64,000 nucleotides of DNA from an uncultured Eubacteriales bacterium. Its GTDB lineage: Bacteria; Bacillota; Clostridia; Christensenellales; Borkfalkiaceae. Positions within the stretch are counted from its first letter, which is position 1, and each line of letters starts with the position of its first letter. The notes below the pieces were generated by a model. That model was not told the origin of the DNA and searched no databases. It saw only the letters and a list, made by a program, of their open reading frames with translations. The position numbers and the translations under genes are program-made. Where the stretch lies: contig ONQV01000003.1 of the NCBI GenBank assembly GCA_900320065.1, forward strand, positions 590 through 64,589, read 5' to 3'. Below are positions 28,982 through 38,466 of the stretch, piece by piece.

Positions 28982-30304
28982 ATGTTAGTTCCCGTTATTA
29001 TCGCGGCGGTTACCGCTATCGCCATGATTTTATCCGTACTGTTTAAGCCCTATCTTTCTTTCGGAAAGATAAAAGTCGGGCTTTACGTTATTATATGCTT
29101 TTTAGGCGCTATTGCGGAACTTTTATTCGGCGGACTGTCCGCGGGCGAAGCAATTAAGGGAATTACCGTAAATTCGGCGGTCAACCCCCTTAAAATTCTC
29201 GCGCTGTTTTTGTCTATGACGCTTATCTCGGTCTATCTCGGCGATTCGGGATTTTTTCATCTCGTCGCCGAAAAAGTTTTTTCGTCCGTAAAAGGCAAAC
29301 GCGCAACCCTTCGCTTGTTTATAATTTTATACGCCGTCGTTTCGCTTTTGACGGTGTTTACGTCGAACGATATCGTTATTTTGACCTTTACGCCCATAAT
29401 TTGCATATTTTGTAAAAAAACGGGCTTTAATCCCTTGCCGTTTTTAATCGGCGAATTCGTCGCCGCGAATACTTGGAGTATAACGCTTATCGTCGGAAAT
29501 CCCACGAATATCTACCTTGCGCAGAGTGCGGGCGTTTCCTTTTACGAATACTTTAAAATAATGGTTCTGCCCGCCGCCGCGGCGGGAATATCCGCACTCG
29601 CCGTGCTTTTGATAATATTCCGCAAAAGTCTTTTATTAAAAAGCACGGTAACCGCCGAAACTACGGACGACTTCCGCTCTCTGCCCGTAAGAATAAACAA
29701 ACCGTCTATGGCGGCGGCACTCGTCGCACTTATAGCCTGTATAGCGGCGTTGGCGCTTTCGGATATAATAGGCGCGGAAATGTGGATGATTTCGGCGGGC
29801 TTTGCCGCCGCCCTTTTCGTGTTTAATTTGGTTTACGGAATTATACGCGGCGAAGGGCTTTTGCGCGCGGTAAGCGGAATAAGAAAATCCCCGTGGGAAC
29901 TCGTCCCTTTCGTGCTTTCAATGTTCGTTATCGTCTTGGCGCTCGCAAAAAGCGGCGCTTTGGCAAAACTTTCTTCGCTTCTTACGTCGGGCGAAAAGTC
30001 CGACGGATTGACTTTCGGGTTTTTAACGGCGGGGCTTTCCAACTTGTTAAACAATATTCCCGCGTCCGTGGTTATGGAAAAAATCGTCGCGGGAAAGAGC
30101 CTTGCGGCAACCTTCGGCGCGGTTATCGGCACGAATATAGGGGCTTTTATCACCCCCGTCGGCGCGCTTGCGGGGATTATGTGGAATAAAATTCTATCGG
30201 GCTACGGCGTTAAACTGCCCTTTTATAAATTCGCGCTTTACGGAATACTCGTCGCCTTCGTTTCTTTACCCCTGTCGCTTTTAACGCTGTTTTTAATGGT
30301 TTAA
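28982..30304 (+). CDS. ArsB/NhaD (SLC13-like) superfamily anion permease
   Basis: Start trimmed to MLVPVII, because the ORF-track start overlaps the divergent LOG gene. About 441 aa, ~11-12 TM, GNPTNIY motif. Confidence 0.7.
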   Translation: MLVPVIIAAVTAIAMILSVLFKPYLSFGKIKVGLYVIICFLGAIAELLFGGLSAGEAIKGITVNSAVNPLKILALFLSMTLISVYLGDSGFFHLVAEKVFSSVKGKRATLRLFIILYAVVSLLTVFTSNDIVILTFTPIICIFCKKTGFNPLPFLIGEFVAANTWSITLIVGNPTNIYLAQSAGVSFYEYFKIMVLPAAAAGISALAVLLIIFRKSLLLKSTVTAETTDDFRSLPVRINKPSMAAALVALIACIAALALSDIIGAEMWMISAGFAAALFVFNLVYGIIRGEGLLRAVSGIRKSPWELVPFVLSMFVIVLALAKSGALAKLSSLLTSGEKSDGLTFGFLTAGLSNLLNNIPASVVMEKIVAGKSLAATFGAVIGTNIGAFITPVGALAGIMWNKILSGYGVKLPFYKFALYGILVAFVSLPLSLLTLFLMV

Positions 30305-30307
30305 CGC

Positions 30308-30336
30308 TTGATTGTTGTTCTTAAAAGTGGTAAAAT
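30308..30336 (+). promoter_or_regulatory. dut promoter (predicts a leaderless mRNA)
   Basis: TTGATT-17 nt-TAAAAT with TGG. The -10 ends exactly 6 nt before ATG 30343, with no SD. Confidence 0.6.
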
Positions 30337-30342
30337 AAGACT

Positions 30343-30825
30343 ATGGAAAAAGTTGCGGAATTTTTTAAAGTAAGCGAAAAAGAGTTTCTTAATTCGGGTA
30401 AAAGTGCCGACGTACTTTCGGGCGTTCTTTTGCCCCGCCGCGCGACCAAAGGAAGCGCGGGGTACGATTTTTTCGCACCCGAAACCTTTACCCTTGCCCC
30501 GCGCGAAACGGTAAAAATAGCCACGGGCGTGCGCGTTAAAATAAAAAACGGTTGGGTGCTTATGATATTCCCCCGTTCGGGACTCGGATTTAAGTACCGT
30601 TTAACGCTCGACAACACGGTCGGCGTTATCGACAGCGACTATTTTAACGCCGAAAACGAAGGGCATATCTTTATTAAAATGACCAACTGCGGCGACAAAA
30701 CTTTGACGGTAGAAAAAGGCAAGGCGTTCGCGCAAGGCGTGTTTCTGCCTTTCGGAATAACCGAAAGCGACGCGTGCGAAATAACCCGCGTGGGCGGATT
30801 CGGCAGTACGGATAAGTCTTTTTAA
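30343..30825 (+). CDS. dut: dUTP diphosphatase
   Basis: 160 aa. GSAGYDF, IFPRSG, VIDSDY and GGFGSTD motifs. Confidence 0.92.
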   Translation: MEKVAEFFKVSEKEFLNSGKSADVLSGVLLPRRATKGSAGYDFFAPETFTLAPRETVKIATGVRVKIKNGWVLMIFPRSGLGFKYRLTLDNTVGVIDSDYFNAENEGHIFIKMTNCGDKTLTVEKGKAFAQGVFLPFGITESDACEITRVGGFGSTDKSF

Positions 30826-30837
30826 TTCGTTGATTAC

Positions 30838-30870
30838 CTACGCGGGCGCGGCAATTTGCCGCGCCCGTAG
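30838..30870. terminator. Bidirectional terminator (dut / rsmI)
   Basis: CTACGCGGGCGCGGCA-ATT-TGCCGCGCCCGTAG, followed by ATTTT. Confidence 0.75.
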
Positions 30871-30883
30871 ATTTTAAAAGTTT

Positions 30884-31690
30884 TTACTCTTTTTCGTTTA
30901 TCGTATATTTATAAAGCGAAGATTTGGAAACCCCCCGCTCTTTCGCAACGCGCTTTAACGCTTCCTTTTTATCCATACCGCCGTTTATATACATTTTTAT
31001 ATGTTCTTCTTCGGTAAGATTTTCGTATTCCGCGCATTTTTTCGCACCTTCGACGATTAAAACGTATTCTCCTTTCGGTTCGCCGCAAACACCGTCCTTT
31101 AAGTTAAAGAACTCGGCGCGTTCGTGGATTTTGGTTATCTCTTTTACCGCCGCCGCTTTTCTTTCGCCCAAAACGGCGTACAGCGTTTCTATATCCTTTT
31201 TAACGTCGTGCGGGGCGGAATAGAATATAAGCGTTGCCGAAAGATTTTTATACTCTCGTAAAAGGCTTTCCCGCTCGCTTTTCTTTTCGGGCAAAAACCC
31301 CAAAAAACAAAACCGTTCCGCATTAAACCCCGAAAGTATAAGCGCGGAAAGCGCGGCGTTCGCCCCGGGGATTACGGTAAATTCCAGCCCGTTTTCTTTT
31401 AACGCGGTGATAAGCACGCTACCGGGGTCTGAAATTACGGGCATCCCCGCGTCGGATATTACCGCTACGTTTTTGCCGTCTTTAAGTTTTTGAATTATTT
31501 TTTCGCACTCTTTACTTTCGTTGAATTTATGATAGGAAAAAAGCGGTTTTTTTATATCGTAAGCGGAAAGAAGGGTAAGCGAGTGCCGCGTGTCTTCGCA
31601 CGCTATTTCGTCGACGGATTTAAGCGTTTCAAGCGCCCTTAAAGATATATCCTTTAAATTGCCTATCGGCGTTGCTACAAAATACAGCAT
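30884..31690 (-). CDS. rsmI: 16S rRNA (cytidine1402-2'-O)-methyltransferase
   Basis: 268 aa. LYFVATPIGNLKDIS...CEDTR N-terminus. Confidence 0.9.
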   Translation of the reverse strand: MLYFVATPIGNLKDISLRALETLKSVDEIACEDTRHSLTLLSAYDIKKPLFSYHKFNESKECEKIIQKLKDGKNVAVISDAGMPVISDPGSVLITALKENGLEFTVIPGANAALSALILSGFNAERFCFLGFLPEKKSERESLLREYKNLSATLIFYSAPHDVKKDIETLYAVLGERKAAAVKEITKIHERAEFFNLKDGVCGEPKGEYVLIVEGAKKCAEYENLTEEEHIKMYINGGMDKKEALKRVAKERGVSKSSLYKYTINEKE

Positions 31691-31698
31691 ACAGCCCC

Positions 31699-32361
31699 CT
31701 AATTATAAACGGTTTCGGTGAGTTTTAGCCCGCTTTTGCCGCCCTTTACCCCTTCGATAAGAACGAGATAGGGCGCTTTGCCTTTCGCCGCAACTGGCGT
31801 TATCCGTTTTACTTCTATACCGTGCGCCCGCATCGAACACACCGCGTCGATAAGCCTGTCCGCACGGTGAACGATACAAGTCCTGCCGCCGAATTTAAGA
31901 CCTTTCGAGATTGCGACGACAAGTTCTTCCAAGGAAAGCGCGAGTTCCGTTTTCGCAACGGCTTTTTGTTCCGATTTATCGGTTTCGCCCGAACCCTTTT
32001 TCATATACGGCGGATTGCATACTATAAGAGAAAATTTACCGTAATATTCTTTCGGAATATCCTGCACTCTGCCTAAAACCGCAAAAAACCTGTCCGAAAG
32101 CCCGTTTAGCGCGATATTTTCTTCACACAGTTTTAAAAGCGGCGGCTGCAACTCGAAAAAAGTAACCGACGAAATTTTATCTTTATTAAGCGTATAAAGA
32201 TTAAACCCGACGACGCCCACGCCCGCGCAAAAATCGGCGACCGTGTCGCCCTTTTTAACGGTCGCGAACTTCGATAAAAGTATGGCGTCCGAAGTAAAGG
32301 TGTAAAGATCGTCGTCCTGATAAATTTTAACGTTATCGGAAAGATATTCGAGTGTTTTCAT
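31699..32361 (-). CDS. tRNA (adenine-N6)-methyltransferase, YabB/TrmN6-like
   Basis: Start trimmed to MKTLEYL, because the ORF-track extension runs through the fdx terminator and ORF. SAM motif DFCAGVG and catalytic NPPY. Confidence 0.8.
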   Translation of the reverse strand: MKTLEYLSDNVKIYQDDDLYTFTSDAILLSKFATVKKGDTVADFCAGVGVVGFNLYTLNKDKISSVTFFELQPPLLKLCEENIALNGLSDRFFAVLGRVQDIPKEYYGKFSLIVCNPPYMKKGSGETDKSEQKAVAKTELALSLEELVVAISKGLKFGGRTCIVHRADRLIDAVCSMRAHGIEVKRITPVAAKGKAPYLVLIEGVKGGKSGLKLTETVYN

Positions 32362-32400
32362 AATTAAAACGCGATTGCCACGCCCGCTGTGCGGGCTCGC

Positions 32401-32436
32401 AATAAAATTCAAGGCGCGAAACGATTCCGCGCCTTG
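32401..32436 (-). terminator. Ferredoxin terminator
   Basis: Minus strand CAAGGCGCG-GAATCGTTT-CGCGCCTTG, followed by AATTTTATT. Confidence 0.7.
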
Positions 32437-32453
32437 AAAAGTTTTTGTAGAAA

Positions 32454-32624
32454 TTATTCTTCGGAAATAGCCTCTACGGGGCAACCCGCGGCGCACGCGC
32501 CGCAACTCATGCATTGTTCGGGATCGATATTGTACTGCGTATCCCCTTGACTTATCGCGCCTGCGGGGCAAGTGTCCGCACACGAACCGCAAGAAATGCA
32601 AGCATCGCTGATTTTATATGCCAT
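32454..32624 (-). CDS. fdx: Clostridial-type 2x[4Fe-4S] ferredoxin (56 aa; not in ORF track)
   Basis: Hand translation: MAYKISDACISCGSCADTCPAGAISQGDTQYNIDPEQCMSCGACAAGCPVEAISEE. Two CxxCxxCxxxCP motifs, SD GGAGGTG, and its own promoter and terminator. Confidence 0.9.
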   Translation of the reverse strand: MAYKISDACISCGSCADTCPAGAISQGDTQYNIDPEQCMSCGACAAGCPVEAISEE

Positions 32625-32656
32625 CTTTGTACACCTCCGATTTAATTCTGTTATTC

Positions 32657-32685
32657 ATTGTATCACAATTTTCGCGTTTTTGCAA
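32657..32685 (-). promoter_or_regulatory. Ferredoxin promoter
   Basis: Minus strand TTGCAA-17 nt-TACAAT with TGA. Confidence 0.65.
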
Positions 32686-32717
32686 TAGGTTTGAAAACTT
32701 TTCGCATTTTTTATCCT

Positions 32718-33611
32718 TTATTCTTCGTCCTTTATTATATCGTCGCTATCGTCGTCTTCTTCCGCGTCCTTTTTATCGCACCCGTCGCAACCTTTACGCT
32801 GGAATTTTAAGTCCTTAACGTCGAAATCTTTATACACTTCGCTGCCGTCGGGTTTGACGATTTTAACTTTCGATATCATTTTAAGCATATCGTTCGACAC
32901 GACCGTGCCGTCGCCGTCGGGCGTTCCCACCGTTCCGCCCACCTTCGGCACGAGTTTGCAAGCCTTTTCGTAATAGTCGTTTTCGTATTCTAAACAGCAC
33001 ATAAGCCTGCCGCAAAGCCCGCTTATCTTGGACGGGTTAAGGTGAAGCCCTTGATTTTTCGCCATCTTTATAGACACTTTGGCAAAATCGCTCATAGCCC
33101 CCGCGCAACAGCAAGTTCTGCCGCACGGCGCTATACCGCCTAAAATCTTGGTTTCGTCGCGTATACCGATCTGGCGAAGTTCTATTCTTAAACGGAACTG
33201 TGCCGCGAGATTTTTGACGAGTTCCCTGAAATCCACTCTTTCTTCCGCAGAGAAAAAGAAGGTGAGTTTTTTACCGTCGAAGGAATATTCCGCGCCGATA
33301 AGTTTCATGTCGAGATTAAGCGCGGCGATTTTTTCCCGCGCCGCTTCCATCGCTTCGGGGATCTTCTCTTCGTTTTCTTTGACACGCGCTTCGTCTTCCG
33401 CAGTCGCGAGCCGCAGTATCGGCTTTAATTCGTGAGTAACTTTTTCGTCGTCAACGGTTTTTAATCCGAACACCACCGTGCCGTATTCCAAGCCCTTTGC
33501 CGTTTCTACGACAACGCCCGCTTTTTCGGGATAATCCTTTACCCCTTTTATCGGTGAAAAATAATATATTTTGGCTGTGTTTTTAAATTTTACGCCTATA
33601 ACTTCCGCCAT
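32718..33611 (-). CDS. ricT: PSP1-domain protein RicT/YaaT
   Basis: 297 aa. VIGVKFKNTAKIYYF N-terminus and the Cys-rich CGRTCCCAG...CGRLMCCL. Sits downstream of holB. Confidence 0.88.
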   Translation of the reverse strand: MAEVIGVKFKNTAKIYYFSPIKGVKDYPEKAGVVVETAKGLEYGTVVFGLKTVDDEKVTHELKPILRLATAEDEARVKENEEKIPEAMEAAREKIAALNLDMKLIGAEYSFDGKKLTFFFSAEERVDFRELVKNLAAQFRLRIELRQIGIRDETKILGGIAPCGRTCCCAGAMSDFAKVSIKMAKNQGLHLNPSKISGLCGRLMCCLEYENDYYEKACKLVPKVGGTVGTPDGDGTVVSNDMLKMISKVKIVKPDGSEVYKDFDVKDLKFQRKGCDGCDKKDAEEDDDSDDIIKDEE

Positions 33612-34561
33612 TTATGTTTACCCTCCAAAATTGCGAATAAAAGCCGTTCCAGAACCGCTTGCGGATTGCCGTTCGCCGCAAGCCGTCTTTCGGCTTCGGC
33701 GATTTTTCCCGCGGCGTATATTACCGCGCCCAAAGTAAATCCTTGCGCCCCCTTTATCCGCGAAAGCAAGTTTTTATTGAAAACCGCGTCTTCCGCGCCG
33801 CTTAAATACAAAAGGTTGTCTCGGTTAATAAGTTCCAAAACGGACAGAAACTCCTTTATCCCGCAGTTTTTACCCGTTATTTTATCCGAATATTCCAAAA
33901 CGTTACGGCTCGACAACATATTGTTGTAAGTATCGACGGCAAGTTCCACGGTTTCGGACAAATTTTCGTCGCCGTATAAGGCCAACGCTTTTCCCACCGT
34001 GCCGTCCCCGCAGGAAACGGCTTCTTTAAGTCTTTCCGTATCGGGACAGTCGTCCGTAAGCGCGTCTATAAGCGTTTCCGCGTCAAAAGGCGGAACGGTA
34101 AGTTTTTTTACCCGCGATTTTACCGTGGTGAGTAGCGGATATTCGCTCGTCGCGCCGATTAAGATATGCACGTTTTTCGGCGGTTCTTCCAGCGTCTTTA
34201 ACAGTTTGTTCTGCGAAGACGCGTTCATGGATTCGCCGTGGTTTATGATAAAAAGTTTTCTGTCGCTCTCTACGGGCTTTAAAAAACTCTCTTCGATAAG
34301 CGCCGCGACGTCTTCTTTTAATACGGCGTCGCCGTTAATCGGAAAAGTCAGAACGTCGGGGTGTATCCCTTCCGAAATCAGTCTGTCCGCCCTTGCGTCG
34401 CCGTCTAAAATCAGTTTTGCGAACAGTTTAAGGTATTCGCCGAGATTGTCTTTGTCCGCGGACAGAATAAGATATGCGTGCGAAAGCCTGTTTGCGGCTT
34501 TATCCGATTTTACCGTTTTATAAGCGCCCGTGTTTTCAATTAGGCGCAACAGATTTGCCAT
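33596..34561 (-). CDS. holB: DNA polymerase III delta' subunit
   Basis: 321 aa. LSHAYLI, LLKTLEEPP. tmk-holB synteny. Confidence 0.85.
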   Translation of the reverse strand: MANLLRLIENTGAYKTVKSDKAANRLSHAYLILSADKDNLGEYLKLFAKLILDGDARADRLISEGIHPDVLTFPINGDAVLKEDVAALIEESFLKPVESDRKLFIINHGESMNASSQNKLLKTLEEPPKNVHILIGATSEYPLLTTVKSRVKKLTVPPFDAETLIDALTDDCPDTERLKEAVSCGDGTVGKALALYGDENLSETVELAVDTYNNMLSSRNVLEYSDKITGKNCGIKEFLSVLELINRDNLLYLSGAEDAVFNKNLLSRIKGAQGFTLGAVIYAAGKIAEAERRLAANGNPQAVLERLLFAILEGKHKWRKL

Positions 34562-34570
34562 CGCGTTACC

Positions 34571-35206
34571 TTATTCCCTGCCGCCTATTACCCCTTTCGA
34601 TATTAAAGCGGCGATTATTTTACCGTGCGTTTCTTCCTTCGTCCCCGAAGCGTCTATTACGACGAACCGTTCGGGATTTTCAGCGGCAAGTTCCAGATAT
34701 CCTTCGTAAACTTTATTATGAAAATCCATACCCGAAAGTTCCACTCTGTCGCCGCCGTCCGCGCCGCCCTTTCTCTTAAATGCGTTTTCGGGCGAAAGAT
34801 TTAAAAACACCGTTACGTCGGGCATAAAATTATTTACGGCAAACGAATTTATCTCTTTTACGAATTCGTACCCTAAGCCCCGCGCTTTGCCCTGATAGGC
34901 GAGCGACGAGTCTATAAACCTATCGCAGAACACTAGTTCCCCCCGCGCTAATCTCGGCGCAATTTCTTCCTTTATAAGTTGCGCGCGCGCCGCCGCGTAC
35001 AAAAGCGCTTCGCACTCGTCGGTCATAGCGGAATTTTTACCGTCCAGAATAATTTTTCTTATCTGTTCGGAAATTTCCGTGCCGCCCGGTTCGCGCGTGA
35101 GATAATAGTTTACGCCGTTGTTTTTAAGATATTCTTCCAAAAGTTTTATCTGGCGGGATTTTCCCACGCCTTCGCAACCTTCGAAAGTAACGAATTTGCC
35201 TTTCAT
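34571..35206 (-). CDS. tmk: Thymidylate kinase
   Basis: 211 aa. FVTFEGCEGVGKS P-loop, and DRFIDSSLAYQG. Confidence 0.93.
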   Translation of the reverse strand: MKGKFVTFEGCEGVGKSRQIKLLEEYLKNNGVNYYLTREPGGTEISEQIRKIILDGKNSAMTDECEALLYAAARAQLIKEEIAPRLARGELVFCDRFIDSSLAYQGKARGLGYEFVKEINSFAVNNFMPDVTVFLNLSPENAFKRKGGADGGDRVELSGMDFHNKVYEGYLELAAENPERFVVIDASGTKEETHGKIIAALISKGVIGGRE

Positions 35207-35222
35207 TTCTATCCTTAAAGTT

Positions 35223-36206
35223 TTAACCTAAAATATCGCTGAATTCTCTTACCAGCGTGTTTAGAAAAGATATGCACTCGAATTGCAGGTCGGGCTGATA
35301 CTTTCCGAAATCGAAAAGCACTAAAACGACGTTCTGGGCACTGTCCGTATTCGCTATTTTAAGATATTCGGAAACGGGTTTTTTATCCGTCCTGTCGGTA
35401 GCATACGTAAGCGCACCCATATTGATACCGTAAATGCGGTTTTCCCTTTCGGCTTTTTCCCGCTCGTAAGCGGCTTTATAGTTTTCGTCGTCGGGATTTT
35501 GGGCGCTCATTTGTTCGTATTTGGTGTATCTGTAAAAAAGCCCCTTTTCTTCGTCGACCGATAAAAGCGTTTTGAAATCTTTTACTTCGCCCGCAAGTTT
35601 CATTATGCGCCCGACTTCGTTTTTCCGACCTTCTTCCTTTTCCGCTTCCGTGCGGAAACGCTTATCGCCTTTCATACGGGCGTCGAAGTAGTCGCGGATT
35701 TTAGTTTCGTCGTAATCGTTTTCGTTATACACTTCACCGTTTACCGTAAAAGGTTTAAGATAGTTTTCCGCGCGAACCAAAAGGTCTTCAAGGTCGTAAA
35801 CGGGAAACTCGTCCGCAATACTCTTTATCCTGACGGTTTCGCCTTCGTTTTCGACCGACGACGTAAAAATTGCGTCGCCTTCCTGCACCGAAAGCCTTAC
35901 GGTCAGCACGTTATACGAAGAAGTAAGCTTTTCCGTTTCCACCGAAAGCACGTCGTAACTGAAAGTTTTGCCGTTTTTCCCCGTTTCCACGCCTAAAAGG
36001 TCGTATACGCTCTTATCCGACGCGTCGAAAGAATACAGAGTTTCGTCCAGATAATATTTAAATTGTTGACCGGTAGAAAGCCTCGTCGCCGCCATAGTGT
36101 ACGCGAGTTCCAGCACGATAATCGCCGCCACCGCGACGACTATCATCAAAATCCATTCGTAAGCGAGAAAATCCGATAATCTTCTCTTGGTCAACCTGTT
36201 ATCCAT
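35223..36206 (-). CDS. Hypothetical membrane-anchored protein
   Basis: 327 aa. One N-terminal TM (WILMIVVAVAAIIVLELAY) and a charged extracytoplasmic body. No family recognised. Confidence 0.6.
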   Translation of the reverse strand: MDNRLTKRRLSDFLAYEWILMIVVAVAAIIVLELAYTMAATRLSTGQQFKYYLDETLYSFDASDKSVYDLLGVETGKNGKTFSYDVLSVETEKLTSSYNVLTVRLSVQEGDAIFTSSVENEGETVRIKSIADEFPVYDLEDLLVRAENYLKPFTVNGEVYNENDYDETKIRDYFDARMKGDKRFRTEAEKEEGRKNEVGRIMKLAGEVKDFKTLLSVDEEKGLFYRYTKYEQMSAQNPDDENYKAAYEREKAERENRIYGINMGALTYATDRTDKKPVSEYLKIANTDSAQNVVLVLFDFGKYQPDLQFECISFLNTLVREFSDILG

Positions 36207-36222
36207 ACGGTTATATCGTGTT

Positions 36223-37719
36223 CTATTTCTTTATAGGTTTCATCGTCGGGAATAAAATTACGTCCCTTATCGACGCGCTGTCGGTCAAAAGCATCACGAG
36301 CCTGTCCACGCCGAAGCCCAAGCCGCCCGTCGGGGGCATACCGTATTCTAACGCCGTCAAAAAGTCTTCGTCCACTTTGGCGTCGTTGCCGCCCTTCGCA
36401 CGCTTTTCCGCGACCTGCTTTTCAAATCTCTGTCTTTGATCGACGGGGTCGTTGAGTTCCGAGAACGCGTTGCCCATCTCTCTCGAATAAATAAAATATT
36501 CAAATCTTTCGGTAAACGCGGGATTACTCGGTTTTCTTTTAGCGAGCGGCGAATTCTCCACCGGATAGTCGTAGATAAATGTCGGCTGAACGAGTTTTTC
36601 TTCCACGAACGCGTCGAAAAACGCTATTAAAACGTGCCCTTTCGTCGCGCTGTCGCCTTCTTCCACGGTAACGCCTTTGTCCTTTGCGACTTTTCTTGCG
36701 TCTTCGTCCGTTTTCCAGTCGTTATAGTCCACGCCCGCGTATTTTTTGACCGCTTCTACCATGGTAAGGCGTTCCCACTTCGCGCCCAAATCTATCTCGA
36801 CGCCCTGATATGTGATTTTCGCCGAACCGCAGACCTTTTCGGCAACGGTGCGGTACATATCTTCTATCTCGTCCATCATTTCGCGGTAATCGCTGTACGC
36901 CTGATACATTTCCACCGTGGTAAATTCGGGGTTATGCGAACGGTCCATACCTTCGTTACGGAATATTCTTCCCACTTCGTACACTCTGTCGAACCCGCCG
37001 ACTATCAGGCGCTTTAAGTAAAGTTCGGTTTCTATGCGCAGATACATATCTATGTCGAGCGCATTGTGGTGCGTCTTGAACGGTCTTGCCGCCGCCCCTA
37101 TTTCCAAGGGTTGCAAAACGGGCGTGTCCACTTCGAGATAGCCGATGCCGTCTAAATACGCGCGTATCTCTTTCAGTATCTTTGAACGCATTATAAACGT
37201 CTTTTTGACTTCGGGATTTGCGATCAAGTCCACTTCGCGGTTGCGGTAGCGCATATCTTCGTCTTTAAGACCGTGATACTTTTCAGGCAGCGGCAAAAGC
37301 GATTTGGACAAAAGTTCCACGCTTTGCGCGTGCACGGATATTTCGCCCGTGCGGGTTTTAAAAACGAAACCCGTTATGCCGATTATGTCGCCGATATCGT
37401 AATCCTTAAAATCCGCGTATGCGTCGCCCAGATCGTTTACCGAAAGATAGGACTGGATAGTGCCTTTACCGTCCAAAATAACGGCGAAAGACGCCTTACC
37501 CATAACGCGCTTGCTTATAAGTCTGCCCGCAACTCCCACGACCTTGTTTTCGTATTCTTCGTAGGCGTCTTTTATATCGGCGCTCATAGCCGTGCGATCG
37601 TATCTTACCTTTTCGTACGGATTTTTACCCGCCGCCTTTAAGGCTTCGAGTTTTTCGCGGCGAACGCGCAGAATTTCGTTTAAATCTTCGGTTTCTCTGT
37701 TAATGATGTTTTCTTCCAT
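36223..37719 (-). CDS. lysS: Lysyl-tRNA synthetase, class II
   Basis: 498 aa. OB anticodon-binding domain plus class II motifs ([15 protein letters not shown]). Confidence 0.95.
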   Translation of the reverse strand: MEENIINRETEDLNEILRVRREKLEALKAAGKNPYEKVRYDRTAMSADIKDAYEEYENKVVGVAGRLISKRVMGKASFAVILDGKGTIQSYLSVNDLGDAYADFKDYDIGDIIGITGFVFKTRTGEISVHAQSVELLSKSLLPLPEKYHGLKDEDMRYRNREVDLIANPEVKKTFIMRSKILKEIRAYLDGIGYLEVDTPVLQPLEIGAAARPFKTHHNALDIDMYLRIETELYLKRLIVGGFDRVYEVGRIFRNEGMDRSHNPEFTTVEMYQAYSDYREMMDEIEDMYRTVAEKVCGSAKITYQGVEIDLGAKWERLTMVEAVKKYAGVDYNDWKTDEDARKVAKDKGVTVEEGDSATKGHVLIAFFDAFVEEKLVQPTFIYDYPVENSPLAKRKPSNPAFTERFEYFIYSREMGNAFSELNDPVDQRQRFEKQVAEKRAKGGNDAKVDEDFLTALEYGMPPTGGLGFGVDRLVMLLTDSASIRDVILFPTMKPIKK

Positions 37720-37748
37720 TTCTCGCTCCGCAAAGTTTTTTCGGTTTT

Positions 37749-38219
37749 TTAATATACTTTCTTAACTATAATTTCGACAACGCCCGAAGGGGTAACGACC
37801 GAAACGCGGTCGCCTTTCTTCCTACCGAGCAGCGCGTTGCCTATCGGCGATTCGTTGGAGATCCTGCCCGCTTCAACGTCGGCTTCGGTAGTTCCCACTA
37901 TTTCGTAAGTATCTACTTCGCTCTCGTCGTCCGCCATAACGAAGTCCACTTTACTGCCCAAGGAAACTATGCCGTTTTTGCCTTCGTCCTTAATAATGAC
38001 CGCGTACTTTAATTTGTTTTCTATTTCCAGAATTTCGCCTTCGATCATCGCCTGTTCGTTTTTGGCGGCGTCGTACTCGGCGTTTTCGGAAAGGTCGCCG
38101 AATTCTCTCGCGACCTTTATACGTTCGGTTATTTCCTTGCGTTTTTCAAATTTAAGATATTCTAGTCTTTTTTCAAGTTCTTCTTTGCCTTCTTTTGTAA
38201 GGATTACTTCTTCTGCCAT
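37749..38219 (-). CDS. greA: Transcription elongation factor GreA
   Basis: Start trimmed to [11 protein letters not shown] (SD AAGGAG). [17 protein letters not shown] motif. 156 aa. Confidence 0.92.
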   Translation of the reverse strand: MAEEVILTKEGKEELEKRLEYLKFEKRKEITERIKVAREFGDLSENAEYDAAKNEQAMIEGEILEIENKLKYAVIIKDEGKNGIVSLGSKVDFVMADDESEVDTYEIVGTTEADVEAGRISNESPIGNALLGRKKGDRVSVVTPSGVVEIIVKKVY

Positions 38220-38258
38220 AATTATACTCCTTAAAATAACATAATATAGGATTTTACT

Positions 38259-38288
38259 ATTATATAATAATTTTGAAGTCTTTGTCAA
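38259..38288 (-). promoter_or_regulatory. greA-lysS promoter
   Basis: Minus strand TTGACA-18 nt-TATAAT. Confidence 0.6.
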
Positions 38289-38338
38289 CTTTTGAGGGGG
38301 TTGCGGCAACAACGGTGAAAAAATTTTTAAAAACCCCC

Positions 38339-38366
38339 TTGACAAACGAAAAAATCGTGTTACAAT
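38339..38366 (+). promoter_or_regulatory. Orphan consensus promoter, back-to-back with the greA promoter
   Basis: TTGACA-16 nt-TACAAT with extended TGT. No plus-strand ORF with an SD lies downstream. Confidence 0.55.
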
Positions 38367-38372
38367 AATTAC

Positions 38373-38466
38373 GTAAGGGGAAAAGAGCACGCTTAATTTA
38401 CAAAAATATTTAATTTTCCGGAATAATATATGGGAAAAGGGGTTGCTTATCGGCAACCCCTTTTTA
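38373..38466 (+). ncRNA. Candidate ~90-nt small RNA (promoter-to-terminator unit)
   Basis: Runs from the predicted TSS ~7 nt after the -10 to the GGGGTTGC/GCAACCCC hairpin plus TTTTT. Contains several GGA/GGGGA motifs. No credible ORF. Confidence 0.35.
38435..38465. terminator. Bidirectional terminator (DUF1540 gene on minus; candidate sRNA on plus)
   Basis: AAAA-GGGGTTGC-TTATCG-GCAACCCC-TTTTT. Confidence 0.75.

Noticed and set aside
32362-32601. 80-codon N-terminal extension of the methyltransferase ORF (300-aa version)
   Set aside because: The extension is Arg-rich nonsense read antisense-frame through the ferredoxin gene and its terminator. The conserved domain starts at MKTLEYL.
38220-38456. 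79-codon N-terminal extension of greA
   Set aside because: It covers the greA promoter. The canonical GreA N-terminus MAEEV... has its own AAGGAG SD.
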